Counted from the stretch's first letter, positions 11,086 to 24,643 are shown. The stretch is 64,000 bases of DNA from Squalus acanthias (GCA_030390025.1 CM059432.1:133364001-133428000), one strand, 5' to 3'. Made by a program: numbers and translations. Notes: generated by a model not told the origin, from the sequence alone.

Positions 11086-12639
11086 AGTCTCTTGGCAATC
11101 AAAGTTATGAAGGTCAAAAACCAAAGTACCTGCAAAGTTATGATCAGTAGCCAAAACTACCTCACACAGCGTTGACTCAATGCAGAAGTCTCTCTTTCTC
11201 TCTCTCCGAATCTCTCTCTCTCTCTCTCAGAACGAGTGGTGCAAAAATGTCAACCACAGAGAAAGACAGGAAGAGGCCCCCTTTAAATAGTGCCCCCCCA
11301 GCCCCACAGCGACTGGGGAGCGTTCCAGTCCTCCGGTCGTTGGTTGCGCCAGGCGGAAAGGATGGGGCGCCACTCAATTTCCGTTCTGGGGCGCCACAAG
11401 GGCGTTGCACCCTCGTATGACGTCAAGATCTGCGTGCGCAGGAGATCGCGGCGGTAAAGTTTAGCGCCGCTGCAAAATGTCTAGTTAATTTCGCGAGCGG
11501 CGCAAACATTGCTGCGCCCGGGCGCTAGTTGCTTTGCGCCCCATTAGCGCCTTCTTAAGGCACTAACGGGAGGCGCAACCAACTGAATTTTTCCCCCTAT
11601 ATCTTTTAAAATTTGTGTTCAAATATGGATGAAAGGTGGGTAAATGGAGTTGTACCGAGCAGCCATGATCTAATTAAATGGAGGAACAGGCTCAAGGGGC
11701 TGAATGGCCTACTCCTGTTCCTATGTCTTGTGGCATGGCAGGTTTTTTCTTGATCCTTGACGATACTGTGGTGGGGTTGGGGGGGCGTGCAGTTGAACGT
11801 ATCCATACCCCTAGGTTTTGCAATGGTGGAGGGTGTAGCCAAGTTCCATCACGATCTAATAATGGAGTTAAAAGGTATGGTATTGTTCCAAAGAAGTCCA
11901 GTGACAGAACTAGACAGTGTGTCCATGCTCCCTTGCAGTCTAAGGAGGCTCCCTTCCCCCACTCCTATTGCTGCCCTCCTTTACCAGGCTTCAATCTGAG
12001 GTTAAATCTGAAGTCCAAATTCTTCTGAACACATGTGGTTATATGAAATTCAGTAACAAGCAGTTAAACTGCCTCTGATACAAAAAAAATTCCCTTTAAT
12101 CTTCACCCAGGGCTTCTCTCCTCATAAGTTACTTCCAACCGTACATCCTCTTCCAACAATGAGGATGAAATGGTCTACAGCCTAGGACCAACATGACTAT
12201 TGCTCCAAAGAAGACACCATTCAGGCTTTTCCAGCGTAACTTTGCTTCCATATACATTTACAACACAGAAGGAGGTCATAGGCTGATTGTGTCCAGGCCG
12301 TAATGAATTATTTGAACGGCTAACCACCATTGAGTGGTCTTGCACAACCCTTGAAAAAATTCATCCAGCTGAGGTAAACAGATTTAAGTGCAGTAACAGA
12401 CAACCACAGGATTGAACTTGAGACCTGATTGAAAACAAAAGGATCCGTTTATGAGAGGATGCAAGTTATGCACAACTATGCATTTGGGGAAAAAGGTAAT
12501 CCCTTTTTTGAAACATCAAATATTCGGCATTAGCTTTTGAATGCTGATTCTGTTTGTGAGCTGGAACAAATATTTAGTGCAAAGAACACCTCTGTCCTAG
12601 AAATGGGACAAGTTTGGGTTGTATAAATCAAAATAATAA

Positions 12640-13165
12640 CTGTGTACAGTTCTCTCGGCATATTATAAAAAGGATATAGAGGCACTGGAGAGGATGATAC
12701 CAGATATGCGAGGTTGTACCTATCAGGAAAGGATGAACAGGCTGGGCCTCTTTTCTCTTGAAAAGAGAAGGCTGAGGGGTGACCTAATAGAGGTCTTTAA
12801 AATTATGAAAGGTTTTGATAGAGTAGACACAGAGAGAATGTTTCCACTTGTGGGGAAGAGCAAAACTAGAGGCCAGCAATATAAGATAGTCACCAAGAAA
12901 TCAAATAGGGAATTCAGAAGAAACTTCTTTACCCAGAGAGTGGTGAGAATGTGGCACTCGCTACCACAGGGAGTGGTTCAGGTGAATAGTATAGATGCAT
13001 TTAAGGGAAGCTAGATAAGCATGAGGGAGAAGGGAATAGAGGGTTATGCTGATAGAGTTAGATGAGGAAAGAAGGGAGGAGGCTCGAGTGGAGCATAAAT
13101 GCCGGCATGGACTGGTTGGGCTGAATGGCCTGTTTCTGTGCTGTACATTCTATATAATTCTATGT
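12640..13165 (+). mobile_element. CR1 LINE 3' fragment
   Basis: YQERMNRLGLFSLEKRRLRGDLIEVFKIMKG...FFTQRVVRMWHSLP is the CR1 ORF2 C-terminus. Confidence 0.92.
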
Positions 13166-13239
13166 ATGTATGTACTTCATTGTTTTGTGAATAGACACCT
13201 TTGAAAATATTGTATGTTCTATATTTAAAAAAATACTTA

Positions 13240-13816
13240 AACTAAAAAGCAAGACAGTTATGCTAAACCATTATAAATCACTGGTTAGACCTCAGCTGGA
13301 GTAGTGTATCCAATTCTGGGAAGGATGTCAGGCCTTGGAGATGGTTTGAGAAGATTTACGAGACTGGTACCAGGGATGAGGGACTTCAATTACATGGAGA
13401 AACTGGGACTGTTCTCTTTAGAGCAGGGAAGGTTAAGGGGAGATTTAATAGAGGCATTCAAAATCATGAAGGGTTTTGATAGAGTAAATAAGGAGAAATT
13501 GTTTCCACTGGCAGAAGGGTCAGTAACCAAAGGACACAGATTTAAGATCATTGGCAAAAGAGCCACAGGTGAGATAAGAAGCTTTTTTTATGCAGCAAGT
13601 TGTGATGATCTGGAACGCACTGCCTGAAAGGGTGGTGAAAGCAGATTCAATAATAACTTTCAAAAGGAAATTGGATAAATGCTTGAAGGGGAGAAAATTG
13701 CAGGGCTATGTGAAAAGAGCAGGGGAGTGGGACTAATTGGATAGCTCTTTCAAAGAGCCTGTATAGGCACAATGGGCTGAATGGTCTCATTCTGTGCTGT
13801 GAGATTCTATGATTCT
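13240..13816 (+). mobile_element. CR1 LINE 3' fragment (second subfamily)
   Basis: LYKSLVRPQLE...LGLFSLEQGRLRGDLIEAFKIMKG, with a 3'UTR ending in an ATTCTATG repeat. Confidence 0.9.
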
Positions 13817-14421
13817 AAAAGAAACAAAAATACTATAGATTATCTTAACCCTTGAAGCACTAATTACATTATTTATGAACTTACCTACGTAGAGCCCTTT
13901 TATTTATTCGGCAGGGTGAGTGTTAACGTTACTAACTCAAAATACTCTTTTTTTTTGGTATCAGGATGTTTTTCTTCCAGCTATATTGGGTCAGAAATTC
14001 TTGAGGTTTGGTATTTCTTTCCAGGAAGAGTGTTCCTGAAGAGAATTAAACGGTTGCTGCTTTACAGGCAGTAGCTAGTGCCGCGATCTTTGACCCCAAA
14101 TTAAAGGGGCCTACAGTAATTAAGAAATTCTGTGGCGAGGTCTGCACGAGTCACGCATGGAATATGCTGAAATCTGAGCCTGTGGAATAATCTGATTGGT
14201 GACCTGGTTGTGGTACTGAACCTCTTAGGCTTAATTACTGAGGAAGCTCTAATCCAGATGTACAATGTGTACGTCACCACACAGTTACCAGCCTGATATC
14301 TGGACTGCATTAACCCTTCCACTGCTGCATTTTTTGGATGGTCACACGGTATCCCGATTTGTTTTTCTTGCTGAGAGGTAGCACTTCCAAACTTGAATAC
14401 GTGGCGATATTTCCTATTTTA

Positions 14422-15031
14422 CATAGAATTAAATAGAAATGACAGCACAGAAACAGGCCATTCAGCCCACCTGGTCTGTGCCGGTGTTTATGCTTCACGC
14501 GGGCCTCCTCCCACCCTACTTCATCAACATGACCTTCCATTCCTTTCTCCCTCGTGTACTTATCTGGCTTCCCCTTAAATGCATCTATTCTATTCACCCC
14601 AACTGCTCCCTGTGGTAGCGAGTTCCACATTCTAACCACTCTCTGGCTAAAGATGTTTCTCCTGAATTCCCCATTGGATTTATTAGTGACTGTCTTATAT
14701 TTATGATGCGGAGATGCCGGTGTTGGACTGGGGTGGACAAAAGTGAGAAGTCGCACAACACCAGGTTATAGTCCAACAGCTTTATTTGAAATCACAAGCT
14801 TTCGGAGCGGCTGCTCAGGTGACCTGACGAAGGAGCAGCCGCTCCGAAAGCTTGCGATTTCAAATAAAGCTGTTGGACTATAACCTGGTGTTGTGCGACT
14901 TCTCACTTTTATATTTATGGCCCTGAGTTTTGGATTCCTCCACAAGCGGAAATATTTTCTCCAGGTCTACCCTATCAAACCCCATCATAATTTTAAAGAC
15001 CTCTATTAGGTCATCCTTCAGCCTTCTCTTT
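14422..15031 (-). mobile_element. CR1 LINE 3' fragment interrupted by a Penelope-like hairpin
   Basis: Reverse complement of the CR1 at 12.7-13.2 kb. The sequence is continuous across 14706-14908 once the insert and TSD are removed. Confidence 0.88.
14706..14908 (-). mobile_element. Penelope-like fold-back insertion with hammerhead core
   Basis: Inverted arms around ~14820 and the core CTGACGA-AGGAGCAGCCGCTCC-GAAAGCTT. TSD TTATATTTATG at 14695-14705 and 14909-14919. Confidence 0.88.
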
Positions 15032-17693
15032 TCTGATAACCAGTATATATGAAGGTATGTCCGTTGCTACATTCTTCCTAACTAGCATAGCAGGGTGTTA
15101 TTTCTGTGATTTTTCCATCTTGTGCCTGCAAGCTAGTTCAATCCCACTGTCCAATACCTTCATCCGTTATTTAAATGGGACTTGATCGAGGTGAGCTGAG
15201 CAGTGTTTCGGCCTGTAGGGGGCTATGATATCCAAGGTCTGTTATGACGTCCTGTCATCCTTGCTTGCACTGACGTTGCCTGATGTATTCATCACCGGCC
15301 CCAGACAAGTATTTAATCCGTTTAGAACCCATCAGGTCTGTTCACGGGCTTTACCTCTGAGGAGGCCTGCTCAGGGACACAGGTGCCAGACCGGTTCTGT
15401 TACATGGCACGCTGGAGGTCTTCAGACCACAGTGCAGCACAACACTGCCCACCTGGGGAAATTGCACGCATGCATTATGGCAGTAGCCGCTTTATTAAAT
15501 ATCGATTTGAATCACAGCCTTTAATCAAATCTGAGAGGAGCTTTTTTTTTGCTTCTCTCTCCTGTGAGCCTGGGCACTTGCTTTCGTGACCTGACGGAGA
15601 AACCCAGGAACGAACAGTTTAGCAGTTAGATCAGCAGCCCTTCTTATCAACAGTAATGAGGCTTTTGTGATAACCGGGTGATGAAATGTAAATGGGCAGT
15701 AATGAGCGCAATTACATCCACTGGGGAACCATCAAAGCAGCCTCTCTCTGCACAGATATATGGGCATGCTGGATGGAGTTGTTCCTGCTGTCATTGCTCA
15801 TCATTGCTCTGCTCTGAATGCATTGGGGAAAGCAGGAGAGAATTAATTTTTTTTTCAAAAAACAGCAGAGCTTTCAGCAGAACAAGGTTGCTGACAGCGG
15901 TCAGTGAAAGGTGGACTACTTTAATCCACCTCAGATCGTTATCCAAACCCTACTAAAAGCCCCAGGATGATTTGATCTGCCGTGATGTTTGAATATTGCC
16001 TCATCACGCTAACAAGATTAAGTAAAGCTTCTGTCTGTTAGTTACACTGGAAATTTGCTGGATGACCAGCATTAGCTTTCAGCTGGAGTCAAGATTGTGG
16101 GCCAGTTGCCAGGTAACAGGCACAGCTTCTGCTCAGTCTAAATATGCAGGCACGCACTGCAAATGAGACTCGACTATGCTCTGACCAGGAAGCATTCAAT
16201 TTGCTCTATTACCCAAGGCCCTTTTGGAATTTTTTTTCTTTATTTTATCTGTCCAACCAAAAAGAAAGTCGTGTTCACAGCCAGAACGACTGCAGGTGTT
16301 TGAGGGAGGTTTTGGGTTCTAATGTGTATGAGCTGGTGACGCTGTAATGCACTCACGTTTACATAAAACTGGCATGGCTGGTCGGATAAACTTGCAAAAT
16401 TGAATATGGTCAGCTTTCTAACTCAATGCCACCTGGGAAACATGCTGATGGCTTCAGTCACACTTGGAGTAACTCTGGTGGGCACTGTCATGATCAGATC
16501 TGAGATCTGTAGCACTTAACCGACAACACGTCCCCAAACCTCAAGAATCCATCAGCACAGATGTGCGGGATAGGAAAGGGTGCAGTGACATCATCGCAAC
16601 GCCATGCTGACATCTCCTGTTGCCTGAAGACAAATAGCCCACTTGGAGGTTAGGCTCCAGTGTCAACGATGGGACATATTTACACTGTGCTGTGATACTA
16701 TTATGGAACACAGCCAGAGAGACAAGGTTTTTTGTGCCACAATGACACTGGTGTGAGCAGTTTACATTACAACGGTCCCTGCAGAGTTGATTCGCAACCT
16801 AATTTGTATAATACAGTGTATGGGGCTTTTAGATCTAAGGGGAAAAGCAATTATTTCCAAATCTAACAATCAATGAGAAAAATAGATAATTTTATATTTT
16901 CTGAATATATTTAGATTTTTTTTGCACCAGATATAATCACTCTACCAAGAGACTTGCTCCTAGATCTTTGAACCTCAGCAAGCAGCTGCTAGGAGTTCTC
17001 CAAGAGTAGCCCACCTTGACTAATCTTTTCTGATTCCTGATTCCTCCTTGATGAGGAAGTTCCTATTCTCCTATTCTCCACTTGGAAACTGCCACTGACA
17101 GGATTGGGAATTTACTGTGTGCTGGACCATGGGTCTGAACCTATGTCCTGCCTCTCTCTGGCGTTGCATGTACAGTTTCTGTGCTGCTGCAATCCCTCAT
17201 GATAAGAATCTTGTAAGGTTTCTTTTAATCTATATTTAGTGTGTTTTTCTTTTCACCCAGGTCACTAACATCTAATTGTGCTCATGATAATTGCAGTATT
17301 CCAAATAATATAACATGCAGGTTGAAATGTGTTACAAGATGGGAACTCATTGATTTGGTTTAAGTAACATCACAACATCACAAACCACAAGTCTGAAACT
17401 TTATCAACATCATCTGAACCTTGAGATGTTTGATATACACTCCAGGGCAGGTTTATTCTCTTTTGGCTCTGTTGACATATCTTTGCTGCCAATGGAGAGC
17501 CCCAGAGTTCCTGCTGCAATCCATTGATTTTGTGCTGCTAATAGGGGCAGAAAATAGGGCAAGGGTCTCTTACAATGGATCCCCTTTTCCTTTGCTCCTG
17601 TCCCATTTTTGCTGTCTTTTTCAGTGGTCGGCTGAATCATAGTCTGGTGTCGTCTTTAAGCTACTGCAGGCCTTTAAATTCTTTAAAGCAAAT

Positions 17694-18441
17694 GGCCCAG
17701 AAATTAGGCTCCCTGGCTTCCCGCGGGTGCAGGGATCCCGCGCGCACTTACCTACCTCTGGGCCCACGGGGACTTCAGCTCCTGGGCCTCCTGCAGCTGC
17801 TGGCGCGCAGTGCTTGTGTATCCCAGGGGCGTAGTTAGTGCGATGCGTCCCCTGGGATCACGTGGGCCATGGAGAGCCAATGGCAGCAGACCATCTTTCA
17901 TTCATAGATTTGACAGGAATACTTGTCAAATCTATGAATTGAAATCGGCCCCAAAACAACACCTAAACTTCAAATAAATTTTATAAAAAACATCACATTT
18001 TTAAAATAACTGTAAGTTAAATAAATTAACTACTTTAAACAAAAATTTAAATTTTTGAAAAAATTAAAATACTTTTTAACAGTGCTAAAAATAAACTTAC
18101 CTTTCTTTAAAGTATCTAAAATAGATAAACCTGTGAAAAAAAATTAAAATTGTAATTAATTAACCACTTACCTTGTTAAAACCGGGTCTTGCGCCTCCTT
18201 TTTAGAAGCACAGCTTCTTCCATACTTACCTTCCCGGAGAAACCTGAAAAAAAACCTATGTTCGCTGCATGCGCGCAGCCTCTCCCGCACACGCAGTTCA
18301 CCTCTGAACCGCTCCCTTCACGAGACTGGAAGTTCCGGTTTCCCGCGCATGCGCAGTGCATGCAGGAAACTGACACTTCAGGAGGCCTTACGGGTGAGTA
18401 CACAGCGCGTACTCACCCAGCAAGTGCCGAATTTTTGGCCC
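17694..18441. mobile_element. Non-autonomous Harbinger-like MITE (GC-rich ends, AT-rich core)
   Basis: Imperfect TIRs GGCCCAGAAATT / AATTTTTGGCCC. Shares motifs (GCGTCCC(C)TGGGATC) with 22.1-22.7 kb. Confidence 0.7.
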
Positions 18442-18679
18442 TATAAGTTTCCTCCCCACTCCCCATCCTCAAATGGTATGCTCCCATTCAGTGGTATTCG
18501 TAATCCCAGGAGTTTGCTGTCATTAATAAAAGCTGACTCCACAAACTACAGTAGGGTTAATTCATTTCTCATCAGTCTGTGCAAGTCAGGCACCAGCATT
18601 TTCCTGCCTTGTGATTTCATCTGAGTGGAAAATCCAGGATTTTCAGTGGAGATGGCAGTGAAAGTGGTGGTAAGGACTG

Positions 18680-19075
18680 GGTGGTGTTGTTAATTGGCAC
18701 ACTGGCCTTTCACCCTGGGAGTCTATGTATGAATCCAGTCCACACTGATGGGATCTATCGTTCTCCTGGTCTTAAGAATCCAACAAAAAGTGAACATGGG
18801 CAGTTCAGCTCACTTTCTAGTGGGCGCAGTCCCAGAGCATAAAACTGCCTGTAATTTGCTCTAATTGTAATTGGTAACCTCACTTAGAAAGGCCATAAGG
18901 CTGGCTGCTGTGGGAAATGGAAGAATTCACAATGGGGTCATAGAGGGTGGACTTCTGTGGTTAGGATAAAGGAACATTGTGGAGACAAAGAAGTAGTTTT
19001 ACTTTCTACTTGACCCATACTATACCTGACCTGGGAATGCTTGATGCTGATACTGGACACTCGAAGTGGAAAAGT
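18680..19075 (+). mobile_element. Old SINE resembling LF-SINE
   Basis: Ordered motifs GCCTTTCACCCTGGGA, TTCTAGTGG, AAAACTGCC, CTAATTG, GAAAGGCCA, TAGAGGGTGG and TGACCCATACTATACCTG match the LF-SINE consensus as I recall it; not aligned. Confidence 0.5.
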
Positions 19076-19409
19076 AGTCTATTTTCCCATTGACACCAGT
19101 GAAATGCTTCATCTTGAGGAGCATGAAAAAACCCCAAAGAAAATGGTGGAGGATTAGATAAAGAATATATATAGTTTTAAGAACTTGATCCGTGGTATTG
19201 ATGGAAATGGGGGGGACCATGACAACGATTTGGTCCAAATTATTCCTAACACCGCGCCCCCCCCAACCCCCCACCCCACCACACCACACGCACAGACATA
19301 GTTCAATACCAGAATGCTGGAGTGTAAGTAGTGCACTTTATACGTTCTGTCATTTCCTGCTGTTTCTAATAAAAAGAAAGCCATAAATTATACCACACCC
19401 ACAGGCTTA

Positions 19410-19720
19410 TGAAATAATGAAGGAACTAGATTGTTTTTACGTGGACAAATTATTTAAACTGGGTAGGTTAGGGAGGATAAGAGGTCATGTTTACAAGTTA
19501 TGTAAGGGCAGAACTAGGTTGGATGTTAGGCGGTCCTTCTTTTCCCAGAGAATAGTGGACCTGTGGAACAGGTTGCCCACTCGTGCGGTGAATGCTGATT
19601 TGCTGAATACCTTCAAGCGAGAGCTGGACCTGTTTCTGGCTGGGGCAAAGATCACCTCATACAACAGGTAGGTGCCCTGTAATATAAATCAGGATCAATG
19701 TGATCTACTGGACTAGTTTC
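19410..19720 (+). mobile_element. CR1-clade LINE 3' fragment
   Basis: RGHVYKLCKGRTRLDVRRSFFSQRIVDLWNRLP...TFKRELD. Confidence 0.85.
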
Positions 19721-21164
19721 GATAAATTCCCAGATTTCCGGAAAATTCCTCCCCGACCCCGTCAGGTGGTCGCAACCGGTCCAGGAGATCACATGGACCA
19801 ATGATTAATGAACGGTATTTTAGTTTGAAGTAGATGGTTACTTGGGGGACAGGGTTCATTTAGACACATCTCTGCTTTGTTCCCTATTGAAAACAGCAGG
19901 CATGGAAAAGTATAAGTCATTCTGCTCAGGACCGTAAATATTTCCGAACCTTTTCAGTTTCATTATTAATCCTTAGGAACATGAACAGGCGGTTTAACAA
20001 AACTGTGTTTTGACACTAAAGCAACGTTTGTACTATTCACAAATGGCACATTGACCAGGAAAATGTTACATTATCATTTAGTGTAATGATTAGCACAAAA
20101 TATACTTATGTAAAAACTATCAATTTTGGTGTACTAAACTAAATATTAATATAAAGTGCTAGTTTTACAGTATACAAATTTCAATTTTATCTGCAAAGGG
20201 TAATTTATTTAAAGAGAAATGCCGTGGAATCCAATAATTTGTTCAAATGCAAGTTCTTTTAGTGTCAGGGGTGAGGTTCTGTGATCAGAGAACTGGTAAC
20301 TGCAGTTTTTTTAACCACTGGGGAACAGACGGTTTCTCTTTCATGCAACGCACTTTGGGAAAATTGGCACAATTCTAAAGGGCTTGTCCTCTACAGCTAG
20401 CCAATTGAACCTTGGCACAAAAAAAACATACCAGGCATTTATCGTTTTGAAATGAATCAAAGCTCTCGAGGAAGTTTTGCCGTGCAGTTGTAATGTGCTT
20501 GTGATGTCATTTTTCCCCAGAATGAATTTTGGGAATAAGGAATACAATTTTCCTGTTGGAGAATAAAGAGCATCAGAAGTCGTATTTCTGTGCAACATCT
20601 GACTCTGAGAACTTGGCAAAGGATTTTATTTGTGAATAAATTATTGAAATGAACAATGTTTTCAAAAGGGTGCAGATTTCTTTAAATTGTGTGCGTGTCC
20701 AAGATCTAGACAGGCATGTGAGCACAGACTTTGCAAACAGATCCTTCCACTCACGTCCCATATATTTCCTCTGCAGACACAATCAGCGTGTCATAATTGT
20801 GCCTTGCAGATGCAAGCAAGCATTTATTAAAACCATTCCTGACATTAGGGAATACACTGGATAATATAGGTCGTCCTTAAGAATGTAGAAATATAGATCT
20901 GCTACTGACAAAGGTCATGAAATGTGCACCAGTAACGTCAAGGCTTTTCGGAAACAAGTATTAAACACATCCTCGGCATTGCAGTTACAAGAGCACTTGG
21001 CACATACCAACTGTGTTCATGGATGCAATGAGGACACCCAAACAAGCGACGCACTTCTGGTGAGGCATTAGTGTAGGATGACCTAACAATTTAATCGCTT
21101 ATAAAGAATTCAGAAAAAAATCCGCAGCGGCCACAGAGAATAAACAGCAATGCATAAACAAACG

Positions 21165-21431
21165 CAGGGGCAGGGAAAGGGGGGGAGGGGAGGAAAGAAC
21201 AAAAGGGAAGGTCTGTTGCCTTTTGTTCTTTCCTCCCCTCCCTGCCTTTCCCTGCCCCTGCACTTGCTTAAAATCTGTCACATCTCTAACCTTTTCCAGT
21301 TCTGACGAAAGGTCTTCGACCTGAAACATTAACTCTGTTTCTTTCTTCACAGATGCTGCCTGACCTGCTGAGTGTTTCCAGCATTTTCTGTTTTTATTTC
21401 AGATTTCCAGCATCCGCAGTATTTCGCTTTT
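21165..21431 (+). mobile_element. Penelope-like 3' fragment (family B) with 5' inverted segment and hammerhead motif (21298-21334)
   Basis: Hammerhead layout AGTT-CTGACGA-AAGGTCTTCGACCT-GAAACAT-T-AACT. 21165-21205 is the inverse of ~21218-21261. Confidence 0.8.
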
Positions 21432-22089
21432 GAATACATAAATCGAATGTAGTGTCCAAGGTTGGTGTGGTTTCAAGCTGTAGTTGAAGAAATCTTTATA
21501 TCGCCATTTTTTTTTTTCCTTCATCCACCCAAAGACCAGCGTTTTCCTGGTTACTTCCTGCTACCACCTCGCAAAATGGTGGTGTCACATTAGGAACTAT
21601 GGGGGGAGGGATGGGGGGTTGGAGAGAAGGGTGTTCACAAGGGCAGCATTTCTAGGAAATTACTCAGGAATCGCCTCCTGTTTTTTTGGCAGCTGGAGAT
21701 TTCTGCTGATTTCTTGCTTTAATTTTGTGTCACAAATTTCTTTCCAATCAGGATCACAACAAACAAAATGCAAACCGATTTTTAACTGGGATCGATGTAT
21801 CTAAAATGATTAACATTGCCGCTTTCAAATTGGTGTAGCTCCAGTTGATATTCCAAGGATTGTATTTGATTGACGTTGATATTATCGGGTGGAATTTTCT
21901 AGCATTGGCTGTGACGAATGGGACATTACACTGCTGGATATCACAGATATAATTCATGTAATTAAATAACAGGAATAATTGCCTCATAAAACTTAAGTTC
22001 CTTTTAAATTAAAAAGGCAGTGTCGATAAGATTAAAATTCAATAAAATTCAGAGAATGTGCATCACTGATACCAGGGTGCATTGAAACC

Positions 22090-22725
22090 AGGGCCACACC
22101 AGGGAATACCGCGTCAGTACATACCTGTGGCTTTTCATCGTAAACGGACCAGGAACTTCAGTCTGCTGGCACTCCATTGCCATCCAACCCTATTGCAACA
22201 ACAGAGGCCCGGATGTTGCGGGGCCGATGAGGGCGTACGCTCAGCTTACGCCATCGTAAGCCCTCAGAATGGCCCCGCAAGTTTCGGGTTTCCGCGCGCG
22301 CTGCAAAAATGATTAAAACATACAAAAACATTTAAAATGAGTTAAAATTTTGGCCTGGATTAAAATTATTTTTCAAAAAATTACATTTCTATTTTAAATA
22401 CTTAATTAGAGGGACATTTAATTAATTTTGAATAGGGGCATATTTATTTTTTTATTAGAATTGTGTTAATTATTTATTTATTTGGGGATTTCTCATAAGC
22501 TTATGAGGAATCCCGCCTTTCTAATTGGTTGGCTTGGCCCGTGTGATCTCAGGGACGCTTCCGAACCGCCTGCGTCCCTGGGATCCGTGGACCTTTACTC
22601 AGGCCTTCGCCTGCAGGCCCAGGACCCGAAGACTCCGAAGCCCGAGAGCCAGCAGGTACTGTCGGATTTTTTTTCGGGTCGGAGGCGTAGTACGGAGTTA
22701 CGCCTCCGACCGCAAATTTCAGCCC
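22090..22725. mobile_element. Harbinger-like MITE related to 17694-18441 (left end approximate)
   Basis: Terminus CAAATTTCAGCCC, subterminal hairpin GTCGGAGGCGTA...TACGCCTCCGAC and an AT-rich core. Confidence 0.6.
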
Positions 22726-24635
22726 AGAGAGATAATGACGATTCACAATTGTAACTAAATTCGGTTACACTTGACTCTGCTAAAATGATCCCAAAGCAAG
22801 GATTGGCTGACAGAAAAAAATAGCATTCTAAAATCACTTCAGCAGACTTATGTTATGCTTTAATCCTGCATAATGCTCACTTGAAAACAAAAGTGTAGAA
22901 AAGTGTAGCTTAATCCAGTGTTGAAGGAATACAACAAAATTTAAAAATCCTTGCTAACAGTACAAATCCAGCCTTCTCAGTTCATTTTCCATCCCATGTT
23001 TCTCTTTTTGAAGGCTGTTTGCCAAGCATCATTAGTTGGTGAGGAGGGGTGATCCAGGCTTTTGTTTAACGCCAGTCGTTAGTGCTCCATGATTAGTAAC
23101 AGGAGGAGTGATACAGTCTGCACAAATTGGACAATGTCACTTTTTTTTCTCCACTGAAATGGAGCCCCCTTTATAACCAACTAACCCTTAGCTGAAAACT
23201 GGCAAAACTCACCCAACAGAATGAGGCAAGCAGGTCCTAATCTGAGGTAGCCTCCGGACTCAAACTTGAAAACTTCTGGGTAAAAGACAAACATTCAATC
23301 ACTTGAGTTTACAGGCTACCTTAGGAATTGTAAAGCAGTAGAAAATTCTCCACTTGTTGGAGTTATTGGGTCCTGGAGGTAATTGGATTTTGGGTGAATT
23401 GGAATTTGCCAGTAAACACTTGAAAGGGCTTAATCTGGCCCATTTCGAGAAATTGCTGTAGTCTTGTGATCCCTTTCTTATGCCAAATTCTAAATCTGTC
23501 AGAGACCGACTGCTCCTGTGTAATTCCCCATTCTGCAGGTTGAGGAGATGACTGACAAGCCCAGGAGGATATTTAGAGAAGTGGAAGTCTTCCTTCAGGC
23601 TGAGAGACTGTTTCTGAAGCTCAGATTGCCTTTTCTAGGGACAGGTTGTGCAGGGAGATTGACCGTGTGGCTTCAGTCTCCATTTCCAGACACATATTTT
23701 GTGGCGAGGCTAAGAGCCATGCTAAAATCACCTGAAGCTGAGCAGCCTCATGGTAGAGCCTCAAATCGGGAAGCTAAGTATCACGCCTTGTTTTGGGAGC
23801 TATGATTTTTACAGGCAGCATTTGAAATGGAGAAAGGAGACAGGGCAGGAAATTCAACTTTACTCTGTTTGTCCGGCCTAGAGTGGCATGATATTGATCT
23901 TCTGGGAACTCGACCCAATTCCCCAAAAGATCCCTACATACTCAGAGCTAGGGAACCAGACCCTCAGAATACCATACGCAGCAAATTGTATAAGGGTCAA
24001 CTGAAAATGTTACACCATACATCCCACATAACCTGCATGAATTCCAAGTTCCCTTTCAGTTGACTCATGGAGGGGCTGTGCCCAGAGGAACACTGTCCCA
24101 CATGTATTCTGCATTTACTTCCACATTCAACCATTCTGGAAACAGTCTATGAGGCCACAAATGGCATGAACATTTCCTCAGTCCCTGCAGACCCCACCTT
24201 AACTATTAGAGAACAAGAGCCTCCAGCAGTAACCAGGATAGTGCAACTCGCTCCTTTAGCTGAAAGCAAATGCAATCGTCCAATGTGGCAGAGTGAAGTC
24301 TTCCTTGCAACAAATAGGTTGTAGAAAATCTAAGGGAAACAGCCTTCCCCCTGAAATTGCGGTATACCAAGGTCAGTTCTGGAGGTACACTTCACAAAAG
24401 CCCACCCCTACCATCCAAACCACCTGCTGGGAGGATTAAACAGACCAGTGCACAGGTAGGGGGGAATACTAACCACACAACACTACCTGAGCCCAGGCAA
24501 GAATGGCGGCCGCCAACTAGTAGACCACCAACCAATGCAAACTAAAATCCTTATCCCTATCTGTTCAGCCAAATATCCTAGCTCCAAGACCAAACATGCA
24601 AATGATGGGGCAGAATTCCAGTTAAAGGCAGATAA

Positions 24636-24643
24636 GTGTCAGC

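Larger units (their letters stand above)
7443..11597. mobile_element. Full-length PIF/Harbinger DNA transposon (Myb + transposase, convergent)
   Basis: TIRs GGGGGAGAAATTCAGT / ACTGAATTTTTCCCCC, 3-bp TSD TAT (7440-7442, 11598-11600), GC-rich subterminal repeats and two internal genes. Confidence 0.95.

Noticed and set aside
23390..24558. Possible very old Harbinger remnant (PRRIFREVEVFLQ...LRL)
   Set aside because: The similarity is too weak and the ends are undefined, so it is not listed as a feature.
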